Below, piece by piece: positions 54,719 to 63,277 of a stretch of 64,000 nucleotides of DNA. The DNA is from an uncultured Eubacteriales bacterium (GTDB lineage Bacteria > Bacillota > Clostridia > Christensenellales > CAG-138), in NCBI GenBank assembly GCA_902798825.1, contig CADBYI010000002.1:10545-74544 (forward strand). Reading direction: 5' to 3'. A program made the translations under genes and the position numbers. Under the pieces are notes generated by a model. The model made no database searches, was not told the origin of the DNA, and saw only the letters and a list, made by a program, of their open reading frames with translations. Each line of letters begins with the position of its first letter. Positions within the stretch are counted from its first letter, which is position 1.

Positions 54719-55981
54719 CTAAACCCGCCAACTTTGCAAATATTCGGCCTGTTCAGGGGTCAGCGTATCCACCTTCACGCCCATGGCGGCCAGCTTCTGC
54801 CGGGCCACCTGCTCGTCGATATCCCGCGGCACCGCGTAGAGCCGCTTTTCCAGCGTCCGACCCTGTTGGGCGATGAACCGGGCGGACAGGGCCTGGATGG
54901 CAAAGCTCATATCCATGATCTCCGCCGGATGGCCGTCGCCGGAGGCCAGGTTCACCAGCCGTCCCTCTGCCAACACATAGACCCACCGATCCTCGTCCAG
55001 CCGGAACCCCTCGATGTTGGGCTTCATGTCCCGCCGCTCCCGGGCGTGCTCCCGGAGCCATTTCACGTCCACCTCCACGTCGAAGTGGCCCGCGTTGCAG
55101 AGGATAGCGCCGTTCTTCATGTGGGTAAAATGCTCTGCCGTGATCACGTCCCTGTCCCCCGTGACGGTGATGAACAGGTCCCCTACCCCGGCTGCCTGCT
55201 GCATGGGCATCACGGCGAATCCGTCCATGATGGCTTCGATGGCCTTCACCGGGTCCACCTCCGTGACGATCACGTGGGCCCCCAGGCCCTTGGCCCGCAT
55301 GGCTACGCCCTTGCCGCACCAGCCGTAGCCGGCCACCACGCAGGTTTTTCCGGCCACGATCAGGTTCGTTGTCCGATCGATGCCGTCGAATACGGACTGA
55401 CCCGTGCCGTATCGGTTGTCAAACAGGTGCTTGCAGTCGGCATCGTTCACGTCCATCATCGGAAAGGGCAGCACGCCGGCCTTTTCCATGGCCTTCAAGC
55501 GGATGACACCGGTTGTGGTCTCCTCGCAGCCCCCCAGGATATGGGCCTTCAGCGCCGGGAACCTGTCCATGACGCCGGAGACCAGATCCCCTCCGTCGTC
55601 GATGAGAATGTCCGGCGTATGGGACAGGACACGGTCGATATTTTGCTCGTATTCCTCTGCCGTACAGCCATGCAGGGCGTATACGTGCATAGGCGTGCTT
55701 TCCCAGTTTCCGTGAACGAGGGCCGCCGCCACGTCATCCTGGGTGGACAGAGGGTTGCTGCCCGTGACGATCATGTTGGCGCCGCCCGATTGCAGCACCC
55801 GGCACAGATAAGCGGTTTTGGCCTCCAGATGGACCGAAAGACCGATGGTCAGCCCGGCAAAGGGCTTTTCCCGCTCGAAATCGGCCAGGATGCCGTTCAG
55901 CAGGGGCATGTTCCGGCGGACCCATTCGATCTTGTTTTCACCGGAAGGAAACAGGGAGATATCTCTGATGACTGAATCCAT
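54719..55981 (-). CDS. ahcY: Adenosylhomocysteinase
   Basis: SNPLSTQD, EETTTG, KHLFDNRYG, GYGWCGKG, GRLVNL, GHP. Confidence 0.95.
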   Translation of the reverse strand: MDSVIRDISLFPSGENKIEWVRRNMPLLNGILADFEREKPFAGLTIGLSVHLEAKTAYLCRVLQSGGANMIVTGSNPLSTQDDVAAALVHGNWESTPMHVYALHGCTAEEYEQNIDRVLSHTPDILIDDGGDLVSGVMDRFPALKAHILGGCEETTTGVIRLKAMEKAGVLPFPMMDVNDADCKHLFDNRYGTGQSVFDGIDRTTNLIVAGKTCVVAGYGWCGKGVAMRAKGLGAHVIVTEVDPVKAIEAIMDGFAVMPMQQAAGVGDLFITVTGDRDVITAEHFTHMKNGAILCNAGHFDVEVDVKWLREHARERRDMKPNIEGFRLDEDRWVYVLAEGRLVNLASGDGHPAEIMDMSFAIQALSARFIAQQGRTLEKRLYAVPRDIDEQVARQKLAAMGVKVDTLTPEQAEYLQSWRV

Positions 55982-55990
55982 ACGTCCTCC

Positions 55991-56644
55991 TTATTTGCAA
56001 AAGTTCAGGATGATGTGGGCGATCCTGTCGCTGTGGCAGATATAGCTGCCGTGGTCCTCCCCGGGCAGGATCATCAGCTGTGCGCCGGGTATGGACCTTG
56101 CGATGAGGCGGGTGTCCTCCTCCCGGATGATGTCCCGGCTCCCCGCCGCCACCAGGGTCCGGCAACGGATGGTGGATAAATCCTTCTCCGATATGTGGGG
56201 TTCCCGGAGCATGACGGCGCTGTAGATATTGGGGGATTGGCAGTACTCCTGCCATATCTCCTGATAGGCCTCGCTTCGCAACCCATGGGGATGGGTGTTG
56301 GCGCCGCAGACGATGAGGTCGGCGATCCTGTCCGTCTGCCCGGCAGCCAGCAGGGCCACGATCCCTCCATCCGAATAGCCGCAGAGGACCACGTCGCGCA
56401 GGTCCAGCGCCGAAAGGAAAGCCAGCAGATCATCCGCCATGTCAGCATAGTGGAGCTTATCCACCGGATCGCTGTTTCCGTGCCCGCGGCTGTCCAAGGC
56501 AAAGCAGGTGAACCGTTCCCCCAGCACCCCCATGGCTTCGTCGAAGATGCTGTGGTCCTCCCCGTTGCCGTGGAGCAACACCAAAGGACGTCCCTCCCCG
56601 TATTGCTCATACCAAAGCCGTATGCCGTTCACATAAGCGTCCAT
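55991..56644 (-). CDS. Alpha/beta hydrolase
   Basis: LLHGNGED, DSRGHG, GYSDGG, terminal His (EDHGSY). Confidence 0.88.
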   Translation of the reverse strand: MDAYVNGIRLWYEQYGEGRPLVLLHGNGEDHSIFDEAMGVLGERFTCFALDSRGHGNSDPVDKLHYADMADDLLAFLSALDLRDVVLCGYSDGGIVALLAAGQTDRIADLIVCGANTHPHGLRSEAYQEIWQEYCQSPNIYSAVMLREPHISEKDLSTIRCRTLVAAGSRDIIREEDTRLIARSIPGAQLMILPGEDHGSYICHSDRIAHIILNFCK

Positions 56645-56658
56645 GGCCTTCTCCCCGT

Positions 56659-56682
56659 AAAAAAGCCGCCCGTGAGGCGGCT
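56659..56682 (-). terminator. Terminator-like hairpin after ctpA
   Basis: AGCCGCC-TCACG-GGCGGCTTTTTT on the minus strand. Confidence 0.7.
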
Positions 56683-56696
56683 ATGGTCGTTCCCAT

Positions 56697-57926
56697 TCAC
56701 CGATCCAGCCCCTGCAAATAGGCCACCGCCGCCTGCAGCTGGGTGTCGCTTTCATAGGGTATGGATGGGATGGAATAGTAGGCCAGTCCTTCGGGCAGCT
56801 CCACGATATGGTCCGGGGTGATGCCCGTGCCCTGGATGCACACATCCGAAGGGGTATAGTAGGCGTCGGTGGTGAACTTGATGGTGCCGTCCCGGCCGAA
56901 GTTGATATCGAAGAAGGTCTGCACGATGCCCTTTCCGAATGTGACGGTGCCGAAGAGCTCCGCCACGCCGTTGTCCTTCAGGGCCCCGGAGAGGAGCTCG
57001 CTGGCGGAGGCGGAGTACCCGTTGACCAGCATGGCGATGGGCAGATCCAGCCCGTCGGAATGGGTCCGATAGACCACTTCCTTGTTGATCCGGCTGCGGA
57101 CCGTGGTGATGACCTTGTTCTTGGGCAGGAAGATGTCCGCGATGTCGCACACGTCGGAAAGGGTTCCGCCCAGATCGTCCCGCACGTCCAGCACCAGGGC
57201 GGTCATCCCCTGGCCCTTGAGATCGTCGAGGGCGTCCTTCACCTCGCGGACCACCTGGCCGTGGAAACCGGAGATATAGATGTAGCCAATGCCGTCCTCC
57301 AGCATCCTATAGGTCACATAGGGGGAATAGACCTGCCGCATGGTGACGGTGAAAGTCAGCTCCTGACCGTCCCGCACTATCACCACGGTGTTCACGTCCC
57401 CTTCCTCGTGGGTGATGAAGGTAAGAAACTCGTTGAGGGTCTTCCCGGTCGCCGGCTCGCCGTTGGCCATGGTGATCTGGTCGCCCACCAGGATACCCGC
57501 TTCCTGGGCGGGGGTGTTGCTGTATACCTCGGTGATGACGAAGACGCTGTCCCCCATGTCGGACACCAGCACGCCCATGCCGATGAAGTTGCCGGAGTTG
57601 CTGTTCATCAGCTCGTCGTACTCGGCTTTGGTGTAGTATTCGGCGTAATCGTCCCCCATATGGGAGGACAGGCCCTTGAGGGCGCCCGTGACCATGCTGT
57701 CCTTGGTGTCCTCATCGAAGAAGTAATAGTTCTTCTTCACCAGCTCCACGGCCTCTGAAATGGGCTGCAGCTCCGAGAATCGACGCACATAGTAAAGGGA
57801 TGTGAGCAGCACCGCGAAGGCAGCCGTCAGCGCCACGCACAGCAAACAAAGCCACACGCTGATGCGGCGACTTTGTTTTTTAGGTTCCGTAGGATAAGGT
57901 TCAACGATAAATTGGGTATCTTCCAT
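56697..57926 (-). CDS. ctpA: S41-family carboxyl-terminal processing protease
   Basis: TM helix, PDZ, LDVRDDLGG, SASASE, TFGKGIVQ, GITPD. Confidence 0.9.
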   Translation of the reverse strand: MEDTQFIVEPYPTEPKKQSRRISVWLCLLCVALTAAFAVLLTSLYYVRRFSELQPISEAVELVKKNYYFFDEDTKDSMVTGALKGLSSHMGDDYAEYYTKAEYDELMNSNSGNFIGMGVLVSDMGDSVFVITEVYSNTPAQEAGILVGDQITMANGEPATGKTLNEFLTFITHEEGDVNTVVIVRDGQELTFTVTMRQVYSPYVTYRMLEDGIGYIYISGFHGQVVREVKDALDDLKGQGMTALVLDVRDDLGGTLSDVCDIADIFLPKNKVITTVRSRINKEVVYRTHSDGLDLPIAMLVNGYSASASELLSGALKDNGVAELFGTVTFGKGIVQTFFDINFGRDGTIKFTTDAYYTPSDVCIQGTGITPDHIVELPEGLAYYSIPSIPYESDTQLQAAVAYLQGLDR

Positions 57927-57938
57927 GAACAAAGTGGG

Positions 57939-58352
57939 TCAGGCCAGGATGTAGGGCTCCATGAAATCGGGCAGGTCCTCCCGGCCCTTGCTGACGGAGA
58001 GGATGATGTGGAGGGAATGCTGGCTTGCGAGGGCTTCCAGCTGCTGGAAAAAGCTCTTAAGAGCGTCCAGCTCAGCCTTGATCACGTTTTCGAACCGATC
58101 CACGAAAACATATTCCAGATCGAAGTCCGACGCGCACAGGCCACACAAAAAGCCCAGGAACATATCGGGGTCGTTGAGGGCATAATCCGTCACGTTGATG
58201 AAGCGGATGCTGTACCCCAAGTCGTACATATAGCTGTTGTCATCGTCGATGAACACCATGCTGCCCTTTGCCTTGTCGGAAACGTCGTTGGCCAGGGAGA
58301 TGATCCTCTTGGTCTTTCCCGTCCCCTTTTCTCCACAGATGATCTCGATCAA
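57939..58352 (-). CDS. Conserved clostridial small P-loop protein
   Basis: ICGEKGTGKTK Walker A, IRFINV, GFLCGL..SDFD. TTG start after GGAGG, with a TTGCAA-17-TACAAT promoter upstream. Confidence 0.75.
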   Translation of the reverse strand: MIEIICGEKGTGKTKRIISLANDVSDKAKGSMVFIDDDNSYMYDLGYSIRFINVTDYALNDPDMFLGFLCGLCASDFDLEYVFVDRFENVIKAELDALKSFFQQLEALASQHSLHIILSVSKGREDLPDFMEPYILA

Positions 58353-58444
58353 TTCATACGCCTCCTTCGCTTGATAGTATCATTGTACGCTGATTCGGCT
58401 TCTTTTGCAAGCGTATAAACGCTTTCTTCCCAAAAGATTACAGG

Positions 58445-59998
58445 CTACGCTTGCTTCTGTTCGTGATAGCTTTGCTCCGTGTTCACCTGCCACAAGGGGG
58501 ACTTGTCCCCTCCGCCCTTTTCCAGTATCTCCACGGCGGCAAAGGCTGTGGCCATGGAGTGGTCCATGTTGTTGTAGCGGTGCTGGCCGTTGCGGCCGAT
58601 GCAATAGAGATTGGAGAACCCGTCCAGAAAGCGGACGATGTCGTCCATCTGGGCATAGCCGTCGAAGTAGGCGGGATAGGCCTTTTTCACCCGCTCCGCG
58701 TGGGCGTCCAAAACGTCCCCACCCCGGGCGATGCCGATGCGCTCGATCTCCCGCTTGCCCATGGCGATGAGCTCCTCTTCGCTCATGCGCCAGAGCTCGT
58801 CCCCCTCGTTGCAGAAGTATTCGAGGCCCATCCATACGGTGTTCTCCGGGTCCGCCACCATATAGGGGGACCAGTTGTTGAAGATCTGTACCCGCCCCAG
58901 CTTCACGTCCTTGTCCTGCACGTAGATCCAGCAGTCGGGGACCCGGTCTTTGACCGTCCGGCGCTTCGTGTCGTTTTGTATCAGCAGGTCCTTTACCAGT
59001 AGCCCCACGGTGACGAAATCCCGATAGGGCAAGGTCCTGGCGGCCAAACGCACCTGGTCGGGGACCTCTGCCCCCTGCAAGCTGTCCACCAGCTCCCGCA
59101 CCGGCATGGAGGAGAACACGGCGTCGGCAAACATACGCTGCTCCTCTCCCGCCTCCCGATAGCGGATGGCCAGCACCCGGCCCGCCTCCGTTTCGACGGC
59201 GGTCACGGGGCAGTTCATCTTGATCGTGCCGCCCCGGTTCCTCACCTCCTGGGCCGCCAGCTCCCACAGCTGGCCGGGGCCGAATTTGGGATAGTAGAAC
59301 CGCTCGATGAGAGAGGTCTCCACCTCCCCCTTCGTTCCAAAAAGCTTCCGAATTATATCCTTCAGTATGGCCCGAATGGAGAGGCCCTTCACCCGCTGGG
59401 CACCCCAGTCGGCGGATATGCGGGAGGGATGCCGCCCCCACACCTTCTCGGTGTAGCTTTCAAAGAACATGGAATACAGCACCCGGCCGAACCGGTTGAT
59501 ATAGAAGTTTTCCAAAGAGGTCTCCGGCAGCTTGTGGACGCAGGAATACAGATAGCTGAATCCAGCCCTAAGCGTGGTCAAAAATCCCATGTTCCGGATG
59601 GTGGACCACTTGAGCGAGATGGGATACTCAAAGAAATGGCGGTGAAAATAGATGCGGCTCACCCGCTCCCGCAGGAGCATGACCCGGTCCGTCTGCTCCG
59701 GGTCCGGGCCCATGGGCGCATACTCCTTCTCCGCGTTCAGGAGTCTATCGTCCCAGGCAGGCGCACCCTGTAGGGGCATACGCTCCGCCCACCAAGCATT
59801 CACCCGCTCATCCTTGCTGAAAAAGCGGTGCCCCCCGATGTCCATCCGATTGCCGTGATAGCGAACGGTCTGGGAGATGCCCCCGATCCGGTCTGTGGCC
59901 TCCAAAACGGTGACGGCATGCCCTTTTTTCAACAGCTCTATGGCGGCGGTGAGCCCGGCTGGACCGGCCCCGATGATGACGATCTGCTTTGCTTCCAT
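58445..59998 (-). CDS. FAD-dependent oxidoreductase (UDP-galactopyranose mutase/protoporphyrinogen oxidase-like)
   Basis: [44 protein letters not shown]. Confidence 0.85.
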   Translation of the reverse strand: MEAKQIVIIGAGPAGLTAAIELLKKGHAVTVLEATDRIGGISQTVRYHGNRMDIGGHRFFSKDERVNAWWAERMPLQGAPAWDDRLLNAEKEYAPMGPDPEQTDRVMLLRERVSRIYFHRHFFEYPISLKWSTIRNMGFLTTLRAGFSYLYSCVHKLPETSLENFYINRFGRVLYSMFFESYTEKVWGRHPSRISADWGAQRVKGLSIRAILKDIIRKLFGTKGEVETSLIERFYYPKFGPGQLWELAAQEVRNRGGTIKMNCPVTAVETEAGRVLAIRYREAGEEQRMFADAVFSSMPVRELVDSLQGAEVPDQVRLAARTLPYRDFVTVGLLVKDLLIQNDTKRRTVKDRVPDCWIYVQDKDVKLGRVQIFNNWSPYMVADPENTVWMGLEYFCNEGDELWRMSEEELIAMGKREIERIGIARGGDVLDAHAERVKKAYPAYFDGYAQMDDIVRFLDGFSNLYCIGRNGQHRYNNMDHSMATAFAAVEILEKGGGDKSPLWQVNTEQSYHEQKQA

Positions 59999-60004
59999 AT
60001 CTGT

Positions 60005-60047
60005 ATCATACCCACAAAAAAACAGCCCGTCAAGGGACGCGCCGTTT
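60005..60047 (-). promoter_or_regulatory. cob operon terminator overlapping the promoter of the oxidoreductase
   Basis: Minus-strand hairpin AAACGGCGCGTC-CCTT-GACGGGCTGTTTTTTT contains TTGACG-17-TATGAT. Confidence 0.7.
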
Positions 60048-60077
60048 CTTTACCGTTCGTTTGCTTTCTTGATGAAG

Positions 60078-61043
60078 TTATCCTTCCCGCAGGGCCGACA
60101 GCTGCTCCGACAGCATGGTCTCGTGCTCCTTCCGGGACCGGGAGATGAATTCAAAAGTGAGATAGTCCGGATCGATCCATCGGATGAATTCCCTGACGCC
60201 CGGGCAGGTGAAGGGCCGATGCTCATCGCAGCGAAAGGCGTGGGTGTAGACCTGCTCCCTGCGCTTGTCCGGATCGTCAGACAACAGGGGCGGATGGGCG
60301 GCCACCTGGGCCATATAGGCGCCAGTCAGAGATTGGTGCAGATGGATTCCCCGGATAGCCCGGCGGACCTCCTCCCCCTGTTCCTCGATGCACCGGCGAA
60401 TATAGGCGAGGCCCTCCTCCTGGGTGCGAATTGATAGGTTTGTATGCATCAGATGCCCCGTGTCCAGCATGATGCCCTTGTTCCGGTAGCGGACGCCGGA
60501 CAGGAGCTGCCTGGTTACCTGGGGTTCCGTCAAAGTGAGCCCCGGGTGCCACAGGTTTTCCAGCAGCAGGATAAGGTCCCCCTCCGGCTCGGGAAAGAGC
60601 CGGTTCAGCAGGCCCACTGCGGCGGTCACGATCTCCCGGCTGGAATGGCGATAGGACAGGGTGAACAGCTCCTCGTCGGCGCAGTCCGCCACGTGGAACA
60701 CCACATATTCCGCCCCCTCCGCCCTGGCTTGGGCGATATCCTGTTCAAAGGTCTCGATCAACGCGTCGGGCGTGTCGCCGCCGTAAACCGCGCGCACGGC
60801 ATCCATGCTGACGAGATTACGTCGGCAGGCAGCCAGATCGCCGGTATAAAAGTCGTACCAATAGGGATAGTAGCACAGGTGGACGCCGACGATCCGCTCC
60901 CGGGGAACGATGCCCCGGCTGTCCGGCCCGCAGTGCATCAGCTCCACCCCGTCGAATCCGCCCAGGGCACGGACGAGATCGTCCCGGTCCCGGTATCGGT
61001 TCAAATCCTCGCTGTAGGTGGTGAGATTGAAGGTGCGCTTCAT
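60078..61043 (-). CDS. AP endonuclease 2/xylose isomerase-like TIM-barrel metalloprotein, candidate CbiR-like cobamide remodelling enzyme
   Basis: GVHL, VVFH, LENLW, LDTGH, IHLH, DEH, TFE metal-ligand pattern. ATGA-coupled to cobC. Confidence 0.7.
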   Translation of the reverse strand: MKRTFNLTTYSEDLNRYRDRDDLVRALGGFDGVELMHCGPDSRGIVPRERIVGVHLCYYPYWYDFYTGDLAACRRNLVSMDAVRAVYGGDTPDALIETFEQDIAQARAEGAEYVVFHVADCADEELFTLSYRHSSREIVTAAVGLLNRLFPEPEGDLILLLENLWHPGLTLTEPQVTRQLLSGVRYRNKGIMLDTGHLMHTNLSIRTQEEGLAYIRRCIEEQGEEVRRAIRGIHLHQSLTGAYMAQVAAHPPLLSDDPDKRREQVYTHAFRCDEHRPFTCPGVREFIRWIDPDYLTFEFISRSRKEHETMLSEQLSALREG

Positions 61044-61639
61044 GGTTTCACCCCGTCAAGATGGCAAATATCCACCAGCTGCAGGCCCTCAGGCCCATAC
61101 TCCACCCGGCAGCGATACCCCTCGCAGGTCTTCAGCGGCCAGCTGTAGAAAGGCGCTTTGGGCACTCCGAACCGATAGAGGACGGACATGACCACCCCGC
61201 CGTGAACGACGAAATACAGGCTGTCCCGGCCCTCGCCCAAAGCTCTCTCTACCTCTTTTGAAAAGGCGCCCCACACCCGATGCTGGAACACCATGGTGGC
61301 GTCCCCATGGGGACAGGGACCCATACATTGGGTCTGCTCCACCCAGTACCGGTAATCCGGATCATGCTCCATCTCCTTGGCGGACCGGCCTTCGAAGTCG
61401 CCGAAGTCCATCTCTTTGAGCCCCCTGCAAACGAGCTGCTTCGCCTGGGGAAACAGGATAGAGGCGGTCATCTGCGTCCGCTGCAGGGGCGACACGACAA
61501 CCGTATCGACCTTGGGGTCGCTTCCGGCTCTCCGAGCTTTTTCCAACCCCTGGGGGCTCAAGGGTTCGTCCGTGATCCCCAGGTATTTTCCGGCGGCATT
61601 TCCCGCCGTCTCGCCATGGCGAAAGAGATAGACAAACAT
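61040..61639 (-). CDS. cobC: Histidine phosphatase, alpha-ribazole phosphatase-like
   Basis: RHGET, SPLQR, EMDFGDFEG, VHGG. In the cob operon. Confidence 0.8.
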   Translation of the reverse strand: MFVYLFRHGETAGNAAGKYLGITDEPLSPQGLEKARRAGSDPKVDTVVVSPLQRTQMTASILFPQAKQLVCRGLKEMDFGDFEGRSAKEMEHDPDYRYWVEQTQCMGPCPHGDATMVFQHRVWGAFSKEVERALGEGRDSLYFVVHGGVVMSVLYRFGVPKAPFYSWPLKTCEGYRCRVEYGPEGLQLVDICHLDGVKP

Positions 61640-61641
61640 CT

Positions 61642-61989
61642 TTACGACCCCTTGATGACGGTGGGGATGCCCGCCACCATGCGCACCACCTTCTCCGCCC
61701 GGGCGGCCAGCTGTATGCACAGCCGGCCCGTGGCTTCCCGGGCCTGGCGCTGTTCGTATCGAACGGGTATGACGCCGGAGCCAACTTCGCAGCAGGCCAC
61801 GGCCTCCTTTTTCAGCAGCTCCGGCAGAAGGGCGTCTGCCCCCTCCGGGTCCTGCTCCACCAGCTTCTCCAGCCCGTACAGGGCCTTCTTCCCGTCCAGC
61901 ACCCCGTCCGCCACCTCCTCCGGGCCATATCCCAGGGCGGCAAGATAGCTGCGCTTTCCCGAGGCAGCGCCTCCGATGATCAGGATCAT
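61642..61989 (-). CDS. Short CobU/CobP-like protein (115 aa)
   Basis: IIGGAASGKR, EVGSGVIP, REATGR, VRMVAGIP. Confidence 0.8.
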   Translation of the reverse strand: MILIIGGAASGKRSYLAALGYGPEEVADGVLDGKKALYGLEKLVEQDPEGADALLPELLKKEAVACCEVGSGVIPVRYEQRQAREATGRLCIQLAARAEKVVRMVAGIPTVIKGS

Positions 61990-62756
61990 AGGGCAAGCAT
62001 CCTTTCCATACATACAAGAATAGCCAACATGACCAGTTCCGCCATTTGCAGCTGGAACCCGGCGATATCTCCGGACACGCCATCAAACTCCTTCATGGCC
62101 ATCCGCCGCACGAAAAGGAGCGTGAGGACCGCGCCCAGGGACATGCATGCGCCCACCAGCGGCCACACAAGGATAAGAGCACCGGCGGACAGGATCACCC
62201 AGAAAACAGCCAGGATGCCGACTTTCCTATCCGAGGCCTGATGAAACAGGCGCAACGTCCCCTCCCCCGGCCCAACAGGCAGGAGCGTGCCGGAAACGGC
62301 GGACAGGCTTCGGCTCATGACGTGAATACCGCCCAGTAGCAGGATGGTCCGCCCGGTCCACTCCCCTTCGGCGCACAGGCCGAAATAGGATAGAAGGTAT
62401 ACGCCAAGGCCGATGACGGCGAAGGCGCCCGCATGGGGGTCCTTTAATATGGCCCGCTTCCGTTCCGGGGCAGCATGACTCTTGAGGGCATCCACGGTGT
62501 CCATGAATCCGTCCAGATGGATGCCTCCCGTGAGCAGCACCGGAAGGAGGGTGAACCCGACGGCGGACAGAACCGGGCCCAGGGACAGCCAGCCGCACAG
62601 CAAAAGCCAAAACCATTCCGCCAGGCAGATGACCAAGCCAACGAAGGGCAGACACACCAGCATATAGCGTATGTTCTCCCGTTCCCAGGACACCTGGGGC
62701 GCCGGGAGCGCGGAGAACATGGAAAACGCCGCGAAAAGGGACTGCACGAAGCTCAT
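61986..62756 (-). CDS. cobS: Adenosylcobinamide-GDP ribazoletransferase (cobalamin synthase)
   Basis: TGGIHLDGFMDTVDA, KDPHAGAFAV, GVSGDIAG. Confidence 0.93.
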   Translation of the reverse strand: MSFVQSLFAAFSMFSALPAPQVSWERENIRYMLVCLPFVGLVICLAEWFWLLLCGWLSLGPVLSAVGFTLLPVLLTGGIHLDGFMDTVDALKSHAAPERKRAILKDPHAGAFAVIGLGVYLLSYFGLCAEGEWTGRTILLLGGIHVMSRSLSAVSGTLLPVGPGEGTLRLFHQASDRKVGILAVFWVILSAGALILVWPLVGACMSLGAVLTLLFVRRMAMKEFDGVSGDIAGFQLQMAELVMLAILVCMERMLAL

Positions 62757-63277
62757 ACCCTGTCTCCTTTCAAGCAGAGGGGGATACCCGCCACCAGCTC
62801 ATAGACCCGATCCGCCATCTGCGCCACCCGCGCGTTGATCTCCCCCAGCGCGCGGATATAGCGGCGGGTCTCCTGGGAATATTGCCCGTCGTCGCTGCCC
62901 ACATCGTTGGTGATGACGATGAGCCGTTCCGTCTGCCGGGCAAGGTTTTCAATGCCGGCCATGACCTTTTCCACCGGGTCCACTGGTTTTTCTGGCTGAA
63001 TATACATTTCATTGGCGGTGAGATTGCATACGCATTCCAGCAGGGCAGTGCCGCCCCCTTGGGGCAGGATCAGCATGTCCACGTCGGTATATCGTTCCAG
63101 GGTCTCAAAGCCCTTGCCCTTTCGCAGGGCCTGATGGCGGGCGATCTTTTTGAGGCATTCCTGGTCATAGGGCTTCATGGCGGCGATATAGTAGAGGGGC
63201 TTTGGCCCCTGGACCGCCAATCGTTCGCCATAGGAGCTCTTGCCGCAGGCGGAGCCGCCGGTGAGCAGGACGATCAT
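62753..63277 (-). CDS. cobU: Bifunctional adenosylcobinamide kinase/guanylyltransferase
   Basis: TGGSACGKS, IARHQALR, LLEC, ITNDVG, ELVAGIP. Confidence 0.9.
   Translation of the reverse strand: MIVLLTGGSACGKSSYGERLAVQGPKPLYYIAAMKPYDQECLKKIARHQALRKGKGFETLERYTDVDMLILPQGGGTALLECVCNLTANEMYIQPEKPVDPVEKVMAGIENLARQTERLIVITNDVGSDDGQYSQETRRYIRALGEINARVAQMADRVYELVAGIPLCLKGDRV

Noticed and set aside
61040-62086. 348-aa ORF suggesting an N-terminally extended CobC
   Set aside because: The extension overlaps the short CobU gene and the cobS end in other frames. The histidine phosphatase RHG motif begins just after ATG 61639.
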